Under the pieces are notes generated by a model. That model was not told where the DNA came from. It made no database searches and worked only from the letters and a program-made list of their open reading frames with translations. 64,000 nt of DNA from Chrysemys picta bellii (lineage: Eukaryota), in assembly GCF_011386835.1 (NCBI RefSeq), contig NC_088792.1:163308001-163372000 (forward strand), written 5' to 3'. The translations under genes were made by a program, and so were the position numbers. Shown here one piece after another: positions 1-11,968 of this stretch (position 1 is its first letter; each line of letters opens with the position of its first letter).

Positions 1-109
1 TCATTTACACTGAAGCCCGGGATACGACACCCCCAAAAGTCACTGTTGCTGAATGAAAACCATAGGTGCAGATCCTGGTATGTGTGTAGATGCAGATCCT
101 GCATCTACG

Positions 110-900
110 AGAAGGCGCGGGGCGAGCAGGAAAAAAAAAACATTGGTGCAAATCTACACTTTCCCCCTCAGGGGTGAGAATTTATTTGTAAAATTCACCC
201 CCGTCCCCCCGCGGGCTGGCGATGCGGGCTGCAGGCAGAGGGCTCGGCTAGGACGTCTGGGTCTGCCCCCCAGAGCGGGGGCCGGTCTGTAGCACCCTCC
301 CCAGCCGGTCCCCGCTGCACCCTGAGCGCACCCAGCCGGCTCCCTGCCCCTGCACTCACATCCGGGGTTGGGTTTGCTGCTAACGCGAAACGTAAATTAA
401 CCCGGAAAAAACGAGGCGCCGGAGCCACACGCCCCCAGCTCCCGATGTGACCGAGGCGCCGGAGCAGCGCCCGGCTGGCCATGCCCCGGGGCAGCCCGCA
501 GACGCCGCTGGGTGAGTGGGGAGCGCCCCGGGGGGCCGGGAGGGGCGCAGAAGCGTCCCCCGGGGAGGGTGGGTGGAGGCGACGCGCCGGTAGGGAGCTG
601 CCCTGGGCAGGGGTGAGGGTTTGGGGGCACCCCGGGAAGGGGGCGGAGACGGGGGGTGCAATGGGCTGGGTGTTGTGGGGTCGGAACTCAGCGCCTGCCC
701 CTGGGTACAGAACATCCCTGGGGCGCGCGGCGCTGCCTGCCCGGAGCTGCCCGTCCGCGTCCCGGGCAGCGGGGCATTGCGGAGCCGCAGCGGTTCCCTC
801 CCCAGGTGTTTTTATGGAGCAACGCCCGGCTCAAGTCGGAGAGAGGCTGGAATAACTCTGCGTGCCAAGAGCTCCCGCTGGGGGTATGTCTATGGCGCCC
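110..900 (+). promoter_or_regulatory. PLEKHA2: CpG-island promoter of PLEKHA2
   Basis: Very high GC and CpG density against an AT-richer, CpG-poor background. Contains an ETS-like CCGGAA near 402, a CACACGCCCCC SP/KLF-like site near 426 and a 14-bp direct repeat CGAGGCGCCGGAGC (412-425, 452-465). Lies 10.6 kb upstream of the first coding exon. Confidence 0.8.
400..511 (+). other. PLEKHA2: Probable non-coding exon 1 of PLEKHA2 (5' boundary approximate)
   Basis: Consensus donor CTGG|GTGAGT at 511/512 inside the CpG island. The first coding exon starts with an acceptor and only 23 nt of UTR, so an upstream exon is required. Confidence 0.55.
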
Positions 901-2324
901 CCACAAAGTCCCTTTGATACTCTGCGCAGTTTGAGCTGATTCTTAGAAGAGTTTGTCGCTGTGCACATGGGTCGCTGAAGACCACAAAGGGCTTTTTATG
1001 CCCAGGCATCCTTCAGGGAGCTTGCAAAGGGCACCCTATGCGGCCCTGAGTTTCAATAGGGAACCGTGCCTGGGCATGTACTGGAATTCAAGAGGGGTTT
1101 AGCGTCTTAAGACATATGTTCATGCGTGGTCAGAGAAGACCATGTAAGAGAATTGTGAAGGTTTTAATTCAACCATGTGATCTGTTCTGATCCCTATGCT
1201 GCACACTGTATTCCTGCCTTGGGTCGGAAGGACAGCTCATTGGTACCAATTAGTCTTCCCTTGATTTCAGAGGACTTTGGGTCCGGCAGATAGAAAGGAT
1301 TTCAAGTGCCTGACTTCCATTAGCACTGAGGGAGTTACAGACAGTATGTGTCTTAGTCTCCTTTCAGTATGTTGCTACCTTGTATACTTAGGAAGCCGTC
1401 AGTGTTCGCTTGGGGTGCTATCCCAAAAGGGAAAAGTCAGGATGGGGTTGGTTTGTCAGTCTTGGAATAGTGCAAGAACCTTTTCTTAGTAGCCCCTGGA
1501 GCCGTAGCCTGAATCCATAGCGAAAGGCCTCTGCAGTTTCATGATTCATAATCAATAACACTTTGTTGTGTTTCACCCCAACCTTCCCAGCGCAGAATAT
1601 TTACAAGTTGGAAAACTGACGCAGAGAGGTTAAAGCCCACATTTTCAATAGTGTCCACTGACTTTTGTGTGTCTCAGATTGTTGGCACCCAAAATTTTGG
1701 GCCTAAGTGACTAATATATGGTCAATGGGAAAGGCAGGATTAGATCTCCGGTCCAGAATCCCAGTCTCCTGGTTAGTTTCACTAGATCAAGTTCTTTTAT
1801 GAACAGAACCATGCTGTAATTACATAGTTTAACCTCACTACTTTCAGGCCTTCCTTTGAGCTGGTTAATTGTTTAATAAAGACAAATGTTTGGAATTAAC
1901 ATGAGTTTTATTGCTGAACCTATTGCACACAATATTTACATCTGTTCTCCCATTCACCTGCCCTTCCTCTGCAAACTGCCAGCATTCTATGAGTTAATGG
2001 GGAGAATTTTGTGAGCTCTCTTTAGTTAGCATAGGTAAAAGGAAGTGGAGTTTGCAGATGTGGTAATGTCACAAAAGGGCTAAACGATCATTCATCATAG
2101 CGTAGGATGTTTTAATAACTGTGTACTAGGTGGTGCACTGGGAACTGTTGACGCTTTGTGGAAGAGTGGATATAATTTGGTGGCCCAAGACAGCAGTGGA
2201 GCTAAAGTAGCCCCGTGACATCTCAAATTTAAACTCCTCAGAGAGGGAGACTGTGTCTCAGTTGTATTAAGAAAAGCATTGGCTATGCCGTAGATCCAGG
2301 TACCAAGGTGACAAGCCATCTCTA

Positions 2325-2470
2325 AGGTGGAATCTCCATCCTTAGAGGTTTTTAAGGCCCGGCTTGACAAAGCCTTGGCTGGGATGATTTAGTTGGTGTT
2401 GGTCTTGCTTTGAGCAGGGGATTGGATGATCTCCTGAGGTCTTTTCCAACCCTACTATTCTATGATTCTA
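2325..2470 (+). mobile_element. CR1 LINE 3' terminal fragment
   Basis: ...GAGCAGGGGATTGGATGATCTCCTGAGGTCTTTTCCAACCC followed by the ATTCTATG ATTCTA tail typical of CR1. Confidence 0.85.
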
Positions 2471-2751
2471 AGCCCAGTACAAATAATTAGAAAGGTAGAT
2501 CTATGTTGACAGTGATGCTGTTTCCTTGGAGTGGGTCTAATTTAAATGTATCTTGGTTCCCATTATTTTCAAGGATACCAAGTGCGGAGGCTCTCACACT
2601 GTCTGGTGCCAGCAGAATACCCATTTATTGTAACCAATTGCACCCCATATGACTCTTCCACTTGCAAAATACTAAACTCTGTGGTCCCTTGCAGTGTTAT
2701 CTCCTGTACTGTGCCCTAGACTGACCTAGCTGTGTCATACTGGACCATCTA

Positions 2752-3015
2752 AGGGCTTGGCTACATGGGGACATCCAGAAAGTTAATCCAAATTAACTAA
2801 CAGTGTGAATTTGAAGTGGATTAGTTATACTGAATTAAATCCCTGTGTGGATGGTGTTGTTCAGAATGAAAGTTGCTTTAATTTGGTTTAGTTTAATTGA
2901 GGAAGTGAAGGCCACTTTAATTCTGAATCATGGTATTCCCACAGGGATTTAATGTGGTTTAACTAATTCACTTCAAATTCACACCCTTAATTAATTTGGA
3001 TTATTTTTTCTGTAT
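2752..3015. mobile_element. Old palindromic MITE (PIF/Harbinger-like)
   Basis: Internal inverted repeat GTGTGAATTTGAAGTGGATTAGTT / AACTAATTCACTTCAAATTCACAC; degenerate GGCTTGGCTACA terminus. Confidence 0.5.
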
Positions 3016-3026
3016 ATCCACATGTA

Positions 3027-3231
3027 TGCAGTGTTGTTGTAGCCATGTCCCAGGATATTAGAGAGAGAAGGTGGGGGAGGTAATATATTTTATTGGACCA
3101 ACTTCTGTTGGAGAGAGAGACAAGCTCTTGAGATTCTGAATAAGAGCTCTGTGTAAACTCAAAAGCTTGCCTTTCACTAACAAAAGTTGGTGCAATAAAA
3201 GATATTACCTCCCCCACCTTGTCTCTCTAAT
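3027..3231 (+). mobile_element. Penelope-like pLTR remnant in inverted (hairpin) arrangement
   Basis: Arms of about 54 bp (3057-3110 vs 3178-3231). Same family as 11759-11968 in opposite orientation. Contains a decayed hammerhead-type core at 3136-3170. Family name from memory. Confidence 0.6.
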
Positions 3232-3509
3232 GTACATATAGACACATCCTAATTTATCTAATGGCTACTTTTCACTATAATTTTAGGAACATTGAGTTTG
3301 AAGATTTATTTTTTCTTAATATGCTTTTTGCTCTAAGAGTTGCATTGATAATGCTGCTGTTCAGTGCTGCTGAAGCAGGAGGAAAAAGTGAAGGAACCCT
3401 GTAACTTTGCATCTCAGGACAAAACTAGGGAGCAGCAGCCCTCTCTTTGATAACTGAGATTTTGGAATTCAGTTCCTGGGAACTCTGCCCCCTTGCAGCA
3501 TCACAGGTC

Positions 3510-5442
3510 AGAAAGGAAAAAAAAGTGATCTGGGTAACTACAGGCCTGTTAGCTTGACATCTGTAGTATGCAAGGTCTTGGAAAAAATTTTGAAGGAGAA
3601 AGTAGTTAAGGACATTGAGGTCAATGGTAATTGGGACAAATACAACATGGTTTTACAAAAGGTAGATCATGCCAAACCAACCTGATCTCCTTCTTTGAGA
3701 ATGCAAGATTATTTTAGGCAAAGGAAATACAGGGGATCTAATTTACCTCGATTTCAGTAAGGCATTTGATACGGTTCCACATGGGGAATTATTAGTTAAA
3801 TTGGAAAAGATGGGGATCAATATGAAAACTGAAAGGTGGATAAGGAACTGGTTAAGGGGAGACTACAATGGGTCATACTGAAAGGTGAACTGTCAGGCTG
3901 GAGGGAGGTTACTAGTGGAGTTCCTCAGGGATCGGTTTGGGACCAATCTTATTTAATCTTTTTATTACTGACCTTGGCACAAAAAGTGAGAGTGTGCTAA
4001 TAAAGTTTGCAGATGACACAAAGCTGGGAGATATTGCCAATACAGAGAAGGACCAGGATATCATACAGGAAGACCTGGATGACCTTGTAAACTGGAGTAA
4101 TAATAATAGGATCAATTTAATAGTGAAAAGTGCAAGGACATGTATTTAGGGATTAATAACAAGAATTTTTGTTATAAGCTGGGGACTCATCAGTTGGAAG
4201 TAACAGATGAGGAGAAGGACCTCGCAGTATTGGTTGATCACAGGATGATTATGAGCCGCCAATGTGATATGGCCGTGAAAAAAGCTAATGCAGTCTTGGG
4301 ATGCCTCAGGCGAGGTATTTCCAGTAGAGATAAGGAGGTGTTAGTACCATTATACAAGGCACTGGTGAGACCTCATCTGGAATATTGTGGGCAGTTTTGG
4401 TCTCCCATGTTTAAGGAGGATGAATTCAAACTGGAACAGGTACAGAGAAGGGCTACTAGGATGATCTGAGGAATCAAGTCTGGAAAACATGTCTTATGAA
4501 AGGAGACTCAAAGAGCTTGACTTGTTTAGCCTAACCAAAAGAAGGCTGAGGGGAGATATGATTACTCTCTATAAATATATCAGAGGGATAAATACCAGGG
4601 AGGGAGAGGAATTATTTAAGCTCCGTACCAATGTGGACACAAGAACAAATGGATATAAACTGGCCATCGGGAAGTTTAGACTTGAAATTAGACGAAGGTT
4701 TCTAACCATCAGAGGAGTGAAGTTCTGGAACAGCCTTCCAAGGGGAGCAGTGGGGGCAAAAGACATATCTGGCTTCAAGACTAAGCTTGATAAGTTTATG
4801 GGAGGGATGGTATGATGGGATAGCCTACTTTTGGCAATTAATTGATCTTTGACTATTAGCGGTAAATATGCCTCATGGCCTGTGATGGGATGTTTAAATT
4901 ATGGAGATATACGTATCTCATAGAACTGGAAGGGACCTTGAAAGGTTATCGAGTCCAGCCCCCTGCCTTCATTAGCATGACCAAGTACTGATTTTTGCCC
5001 CAGATCCCTAAGTGGCCCCCTCAAGGATTGAACTCATAACCCTGGATTTAGCAGGCCAATGCGCAAACCACTGAGCTATGTTAGATGCGGTGGGATTTGA
5101 GTTATTACAGAGAATTCTTTCCTGGGTGTCTGGCTGGTGAGTCTTGCCCACATGCTCAGGGTTTAGCTGATCGCCATATTTGGGGTCCAGAAGGAATTTT
5201 CCTCCAGGGCAGATTGGCAGAGGCCCTGGGGGTTTTTCGCCTTCCTCTGCAGGGTGGGGCACGGCTCACGTGCTGGAGGATTCTCTGCACCTTGAAGTCT
5301 TTAAACCACGATTTGAGGACTTCAGTGGCTCAGACATAGGTTTGATACAGGATTGGGTGGGTGAGATTCTGTGGCCTGCGTTGTGCAGGAGGTCAGACTA
5401 GATGATCATAATAGTCCCTTCTGACCTTAAAGTCTATGAGTC
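3510..5442 (+). mobile_element. 5'-truncated CR1 LINE (RT region of ORF2 + 3'UTR), frameshifted
   Basis: NYRPVSLTS, YLDFSKAFDTVPH, SGVPQGS, FADDTK (4006-4023), YKALVRPHLEY, RRLRGD. ORF pieces 3937-4149, 4140-4469 and 4489-4815. Ends in a GTCTATGA tail. Confidence 0.95.
4895..5079 (-). mobile_element. Tortoise polIII/SINE inserted antisense into the CR1 3'UTR
   Basis: Minus strand reads ATAGCTCAGTGG (A box) ... GAGTTCAATCC (B box) ... CR1-like tail. Flanked by ATGTT at 4890-4894 and 5078-5082; the CR1 3'UTR resumes in register after it. Confidence 0.9.
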
Positions 5443-8400
5443 ATTGAGTTTGAATGTGATTTGAATGATTCCCTTTCCATTGTATAACTCCTGGTGAAGC
5501 TGTTTTATTCAGGGAGCAGTGCGATACCCTTCCACAAGGTTGGTTGTCTTGTGCTGGAAATCTTTTCGAGTAACTTCTTTGCTGGTGTGATCACAGCAAC
5601 ACAACCCTTGCCTGGTTCAGTTATTTTTTGGTGTGTTTTTTGTTTTTGTTTTTAAGAGGGTGAATTTATGAATATTTTGCTCATCTAACTGTGCTGAAAA
5701 GGCAATAGATGGAAAGAATCCTAGAAACCAAGAGAACTTAATTCTGCGGTGTGTTGACATAAATTGGAACCAGTAATGAGATCCTAAGGGCCTAATTCCA
5801 CTGCAAGGCTTGGGAAATGCTTTAAATCAGTGTTGGATTTCAGACTGGCTTCCAGAAATCAGATGCAAACTTCTCCCATAAACTGTGACTTGAAGTGTTC
5901 AGTATCATTATCCTGTTCATAATTTATAATGCATGTAATCTAAAGTTATAACAGGACATGCTCTTCTGATTGCTAGGCCTTCAGGGAGTCATTAGCAGTT
6001 CTAAATTATGTTAACTAGTTGTAAAGCGTAAGCACAACTGAGTTTTTTCCCCTTTTTGCAGTCAGTTCTTTTTGTCTCAAATGGTACTGTCTTCCACTAT
6101 TGTAGGATACAGAAAATATAAATATGTATCATCTGTTCCAGCTTGTGTGGTTGCTCCAGTGATTGTCAGCTATTTGTTCTAATAATTGATGAACAGAAAT
6201 AATTGGTTACTGAGTTTCAGGCAAACATTCTAGCCATGAATTAAGAAGCCTTCAAATCATCATTGACTCTGCTATCCTCATCCTGTGATTCTTCCCTCAT
6301 TAGCATGTCTTGAACCTGTTTCTGGGCTGTGAGCTCATGGTAGGTAACAGTATTTCTATGCAAATATGCATGTGGTAGGAAATGCTACAGTAGAACAGGT
6401 CAATGGTATGTTCAGTCTAGTGTTCTCTCTCCAGCAATGAACAATGTCGGATGAGAAATGTGAAGGTGTAAACTACCCAGAATGCATCTAACTGTACAGC
6501 CAGTTGACTAATTTGTACAGTGCTTTGACGGTGTCAGGTGCTACATAAGTGCTGAGTATTGTAACAAGACTAAACTCTGTTGGGAAAACTCTTTTTGACT
6601 CCGGCTGGATTTCTGGAGCTGGAAGATGGGAAAAACCCCACCTAGTGGAACTCCAGATGCTATTCTTATTTTGAGTTTATGGGAAAGAGAAACTGTTGAT
6701 GGTTCTAAGGAGACAGATGGATCATTGCAACCTCTGTCCTGCAGTATACTGGAAAATGGATCACTGTAACCAGAGTGAGGGGTGTGCATGATGATTGCCT
6801 CCCTATAGCATGCTAAAAAAGAGTACATTCTAGAACTTAAAGTTCAGCGTGATCATTATCTCCTCTGCCCACTGATTTTTGTATCTCAAAGTGCAATCTA
6901 AGGTTGGTCACTGTCACCTTTTCCTGTGCAGAAGGAGCTGAGCATCTGAATATTCTTGATCAACCTCGTGTTAATTGAGGCAGAGCAAAACCATAAGAAG
7001 CTGCAGCATTTCTGACCAGCCTTTCTCATACCACCGCAGCGAAAGGCGTTCTGCAGCCCAGAAGTGCCTGCTGCTAGAGTTTAGTTAATCTGTTATCGCC
7101 TGTTAGTACCGTGATATGGCTGCCCTTTATCTCTGTTAGCAAAGTCGGTTTCTTTACACTTTATATAAACTCTGTGGTTTAAGGGCCTTGACTAAAGACT
7201 GAGATTCATAAAATAATTTGCATCTTTGTAATGGTCACTTCCAAGTAGAATTTGGCTACTGCTCACAGGTGCTGCTGAGTTGTAACTGTACCGTTGTAAG
7301 GGCCCCATGACCTATGGGAATGTCACTTGTCTGTACGCGTCAGGGAATGGCCTTACTGAACAACGTTGTACACACCTGAGAAGCAGCGTATTGCTAATAT
7401 ACATGCTCTGCAACTCAATAGCACCTGGCTAATCAGCTCTTGCATTTTGGGCCTAACCTGCCCCCTTGCTCAGCACCATACTTCATGAGTGGTCACATTC
7501 ATTTCAATGGGGTGGCTTGTGGAGTCAGCATGAGTAAAGCTGGCAGAACTGGGCACTGAGCTTGTTCCTGGTGTAATAGATGGGCCAGATATCTCCCCAG
7601 CTTCCTCACCCAATTGTGTCTCTGTTCTTTTTCCTCCGCTTCTGAAACACCATGACCTGTCTTTTTATTAGCAGCAACATTTCTGAAGCCCAGTCTACCC
7701 ACACAGTCACACCGGGTTGAACTGAAGGTGTGGTTTTAAATTGGTTCAAACTCCTGTGTGGACACTCTTATTTCTGTTGATCTAAAGTCAGTCAGGAATT
7801 GGTTTAAACTGAACCAAATCAGTGTGCTCTGAAACAAAATAAGTATCCACACAGGGATTTGTGCTGCTTTAACTATATCTGTTTAAAATCATACCTTTAC
7901 TTAAACTGGAACAGCTTCCCCGTGTCAGCAGAGCCTGGGAAAGCCAGTGCTGTCCTACTGCTTTGGCCTGGGCCCAGTGTTTGTATTTGACAGTGCTCTG
8001 GTATGATATGCATTGTCATGTGTCTAGGGGCAATGGCTTAATATATTAATAATTAACATTGATTCCAAATCTATTTCACAGTATCCTTTATTCTGTCTGG
8101 GCCAAATGGCTAATCTGATTCTAATGACATCCAAAGGTCTTCATAATTTTCTCTCTGTTGCCTTCTCTCTGTCTCTCACCCGTGATGGCAAGACAGAGTA
8201 CCCACACTTTGCCCTCCAGCCTTTGGTCTCCTCAGAGTAAGACTGCTCAGAATTCCCCTAAATCAATAGGAGTTTACTAAGAGGTGACCTTTGTCAAAAC
8301 AGCCCCCTGGCTCTGCTGGGTGCTGCTTCCAGGCCAGTCAAGCCTCCCTGGTCACTTCCCACCCTGCTTCTGAATGTGATACATGGCTCCAAACGCTGAT

Positions 8401-10472
8401 GCTGAAAATATGAGCCGATGACAGCAGACATTTTATTCTCTGTCCCATCTGCCTGTTTAACTACTGGACAATACGTTTCTACAGGGGGCCCCAGGAGACC
8501 ACCCATCGCAATTTTTAAAGTAAAAAAATCATATTTTCTCCTTATCTGCAGAAGACCTTTATTTGTACTGCCTGTTTGGGAGGCGCTTACACGGGCTGCC
8601 TTTCACACTCCTGGTAGCTCACAGCCAAACTCCACCTGTGGTATATTTGTAACTCGTCCATCTATGTGATATAGGTCACCTCCCATTCTATCCACCAAGA
8701 GTCACAATAATTAAGAGGCTTCTTGCCCAAGGCATTTCTGAGATATGGTGCCTTTCCAGCTACCTACATACAGCACCTGATTCTCCACTGCTCTGCACTT
8801 TGTGTTGGGACATGGTCCAGTGCAAAGTGGGTCAGAGTGTTAGTGTTTTGTGCTGACTGTGCATACGTGTAAATGACAACAGTGTGCAAGACAGTAGAGA
8901 ATCAGTCTCATAGTCCACATCTGTAGTGAGCTCCACGTTAAAGGACCTGATTTTCCATTGCCCCAGTCGTTAACATCCTGCAAATTGAGTGTGAAGCGCT
9001 GCCACTCTAGAATGGTGGGGTTTTGCTCCCACTTCGCCCTTATTGTAAATGACGATGTTGCAAGGTGACCAAGAGCCAGGTCCCAAATCTTCCTCCCTTG
9101 CACTAACACCAGTTGGGGGTGCTAGTAGAGACCAGTCGCCAGGTGCTAACCATCACACTGTCAAACCTGGCATCTTGTTCTTCTCTCGCTGACTTTCTCA
9201 GGTGTCTGTCTCTGTGGTATCTGAGCTCTTGGCCAGCAGGGAGGGAGGTTCTTTCTCCATAGGGCCAAATCTTCCCAGATTCTTATTGTTCTGATCGAAA
9301 AACTCTCAACTTCTCCAAAGGGACAGTTTGTTCCTGCTCAAACTGCAGCTGTTGAGGTCTCCTTGTTCAGCCAGGCTCTGTCCCTTTGCAGAACAATGTT
9401 CCTGTAGGACACGTGAATCCCTGAGGCTAGGTGGCAGATGCTGGGCCCTGAGTAACAAGGGTAATGTTGGAAGGTGTTTGCAGCTTGTGTACATTTAGTG
9501 ACATGTTTTTACCCAGAGAGGACTGATCATTGCTGATTCTGCATCCCCACTATACATACTTTCTGCAGGAGTTGCAGTTTGTTTTCCATTCCTTGGTGGG
9601 TTTGTGTGCGTGCGTGCGTGCGTGCGTGTGTGCTCTCTCTCACTTTGATTCCAGGCTTTGCAGTTCTCAGGGGCCGAGTGACTTGGGCTTTTCCTGCCAT
9701 AAAGCACTCATGGCTGTTCACCTGTTCGTAATTATTTTTTGGGGGGTTTGTTTTGGCCAAGGGCTGCTGGCTTTTGAGTTTGCTGTCTCCTAGACGCCTC
9801 TGGAGTGGAATGGGGGTAGGGTCCTAGGCCTCCCTGCATCACCAACTGCTGCTCTGTTGTGGGGGATGATGTCTTGCTCCGTCCTGGGGCCGTTGTTTCC
9901 CTTGCGCCTGCTGCTGCTCTGTGACCATCCAGGTGGCCCTTGTGCTGTGACAAGGGGGGGAACAGTGAAGTGTTCTGAGTCTTCTTGTGATAGTGCTGTT
10001 GGGCTAGCGAGCTATTGAGTAGCTTGTAGTGATTGAGTCCATCTGTAGTTCCTGGAAACTCCCTGCTCTCCCAACTCCTGCAGTTCCCCAGCTGAGCTAT
10101 TTTGGTCACTCTCGTCTGTTTTATTTACCCAGCTTCTGAATGTGTCCAGAATTGTAGTGCTGGGTGTCTTTGTCTCGCCATGACCTTGAATTCCTCAGTC
10201 TGGTGGTCTGTCTGCTAGTAGCAGAAACATGCAAAGGTGGGGTGGGGTTTGGCTCTGTCACGTTCCTAGCAGAAGCACCAGGATGTTTGGATAACAGTTT
10301 GAATACAATCCAAGACCTCAATCCTGCAGCTGACCATGCCGCTGAAACCCTGCTGGGAGCTCCATTGAATCCAACCGCATTCTGCGCGGGTGTGGGAGCC
10401 TGCCAGGATTGAGGCCTAAATCTTCTACTTCCTACTTCAACCATCCTGCAGTGAGAAGCTCAGTCTCTAGAC

Positions 10473-10694
10473 CAGGGGCAGCTCTATGTTTTTTGCCGCC
10501 CCAAGCACGGCAATGAGGCGGCCTTCGGCGGCACTTGTCACGCGGATTTGGCAGCGTTTCTGCGGGTGATCTGCCGGTCCCACATTGCCGCCGAGGGTTG
10601 CCTGACTGCCGCGCTCACGGTGACCGGCACGCCGCCCCCGCGGCTTGCCGCCCAAGGCACACGCTTGCTGCGCTGGTGCCTGGAGCCGCCCCTG
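10473..10694 (-). mobile_element. hAT MITE (222 bp)
   Basis: TIRs CAGGGGCAGCTC / GAGCCGCCCCTG; perfect 8-bp TSD CTCTAGAC (10465-10472, 10695-10702), matching the NTCTAGAN hAT-Charlie preference; CpG-rich. Confidence 0.92.
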
Positions 10695-11118
10695 CTCTAG
10701 ACCAAGCTAAATACCCGGTATCTGTTGTTCAATTTCATGACATTTGGGCTGTGAAATGATGCGCAACCTCAAGGAGGTGGAATTTGCACAAATGTTTCCA
10801 TTTATGTGCAGCAGGACCAACATGCTAATGGCCAGTTAAATGTGAAAGTGGAACAGAATGTCTGTGTGTCAAATGTGACCCAATCCAGCCATCTTCTTCC
10901 TCACGCTCGGCTGCTTTAGCCTGCATGCCCAAACCTAGTGACTGTACTGTCACCCCAGCTCTAGACAGGGAAAGGGACAGTGATGTGTGTGTGAATATGA
11001 AGTCAGCCTAGAACAGGGAAAGAACACTTCATCGCCATGGCTTAGGGTAGGGCTGGGAGTGCCCTGGCTTCACCGCAGGCATTTGTGTTTTCTAGGGTGA
11101 TGCTACAAGAAGCCCGGG

Positions 11119-11259
11119 ATGCCTTATGTGGATCGACAGAATCGTATCTGTGGGTTTCTAGACATCGAAGAAAATGAGACCTGCGGCAAGTTTCTGCGAA
11201 GATATTTCATCTTGGACACCCAGGCCAACTGTCTTCTGTGGTATATGGATAACCCCCAG
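11119..11259 (+). CDS. PLEKHA2: PLEKHA2/TAPP2 coding exon 1 (start of PH1; exon begins 11096)
   Basis: MPYVDRQNRICGFLDIEENETCGKFLRRYFILDTQANCLLWYMDNPQ; DTQANCLLWY is the TAPP2 rather than TAPP1 form. Acceptor tctag|11096, donor CAG|GTGAGG. Confidence 0.97.
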
Positions 11260-11758
11260 GTGAGGTCCCAGAATGCACTCTGTGGAGCATTGCAGATCTG
11301 CATGGCTTTCATACTTCACAGCTCAAAGAGCTTCTGCTTCCTGATTTGTGCTGCATCTGCCCCTCCCACTCTTAAGATGCATTTGTTACAAGAGTTCAGT
11401 GCTGGGGTTTCACAGCTAGAGCTGGCTTTTTCACGCGTATCTTTTTTTCCAGTTACCTTGGACACCTTAGCAGTGCTGCTTGTGTTCGGACTCTAATGAT
11501 TGGAGTAAACAGGCTTTATTTAGACAGATATGCTATTGAAATCCCAAAAACGGAGATCACATTTTTTAATTGGCTTCACATTTTTCTCTCCCCCTATTTT
11601 TGATTACACCAGCTTCGCTCACTAGTTAAGACGAGCAGAAACAGCAACTTCAGTGCTGGAAAATGTTGGTTTCCTTGTGCCTGGAACCCTGTCCTTCTTA
11701 GCAATCTGGAATGATTTATTTCCCGTTCTGATGTTAAAACTGCCATGTAACAGTCTAC

Positions 11759-11968
11759 CAGGATCCTAGAGAGACAAGGTGGGTGAGGTAATACCTTTTA
11801 TTGGAACAACTTCTGTTGGTGAGAGAGACAAGCTTTCAAGCTGTAGTTCTTCAGCTCTGTGTAACTCTTGTCTCTTTCACCAAGAGAAGTGAGTCCAGTA
11901 AAAGACACTACCTCACCCACCTTGTGTCTCTAGGATCCTGGGACCAGCGTGGCTACAACAACACTGCA
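11759..11968 (-). mobile_element. Penelope-like pLTR remnant in inverted arrangement
   Basis: 74-bp arms (11759-11832, 11867-11940) around a 34-nt loop. Minus strand has CTGAAGA...GAAAGCTTGTCTC. Confidence 0.6.

Noticed and set aside
86-108. 10-bp-arm hairpin GTAGATGCAG-atc-CTGCATCTAC
   Set aside because: Short; probably part of an old palindromic repeat upstream of the CpG island; no support for function.
53-934. Cluster of ORFs in the PLEKHA2 promoter
   Set aside because: GC-rich artefacts with no recognisable homology.
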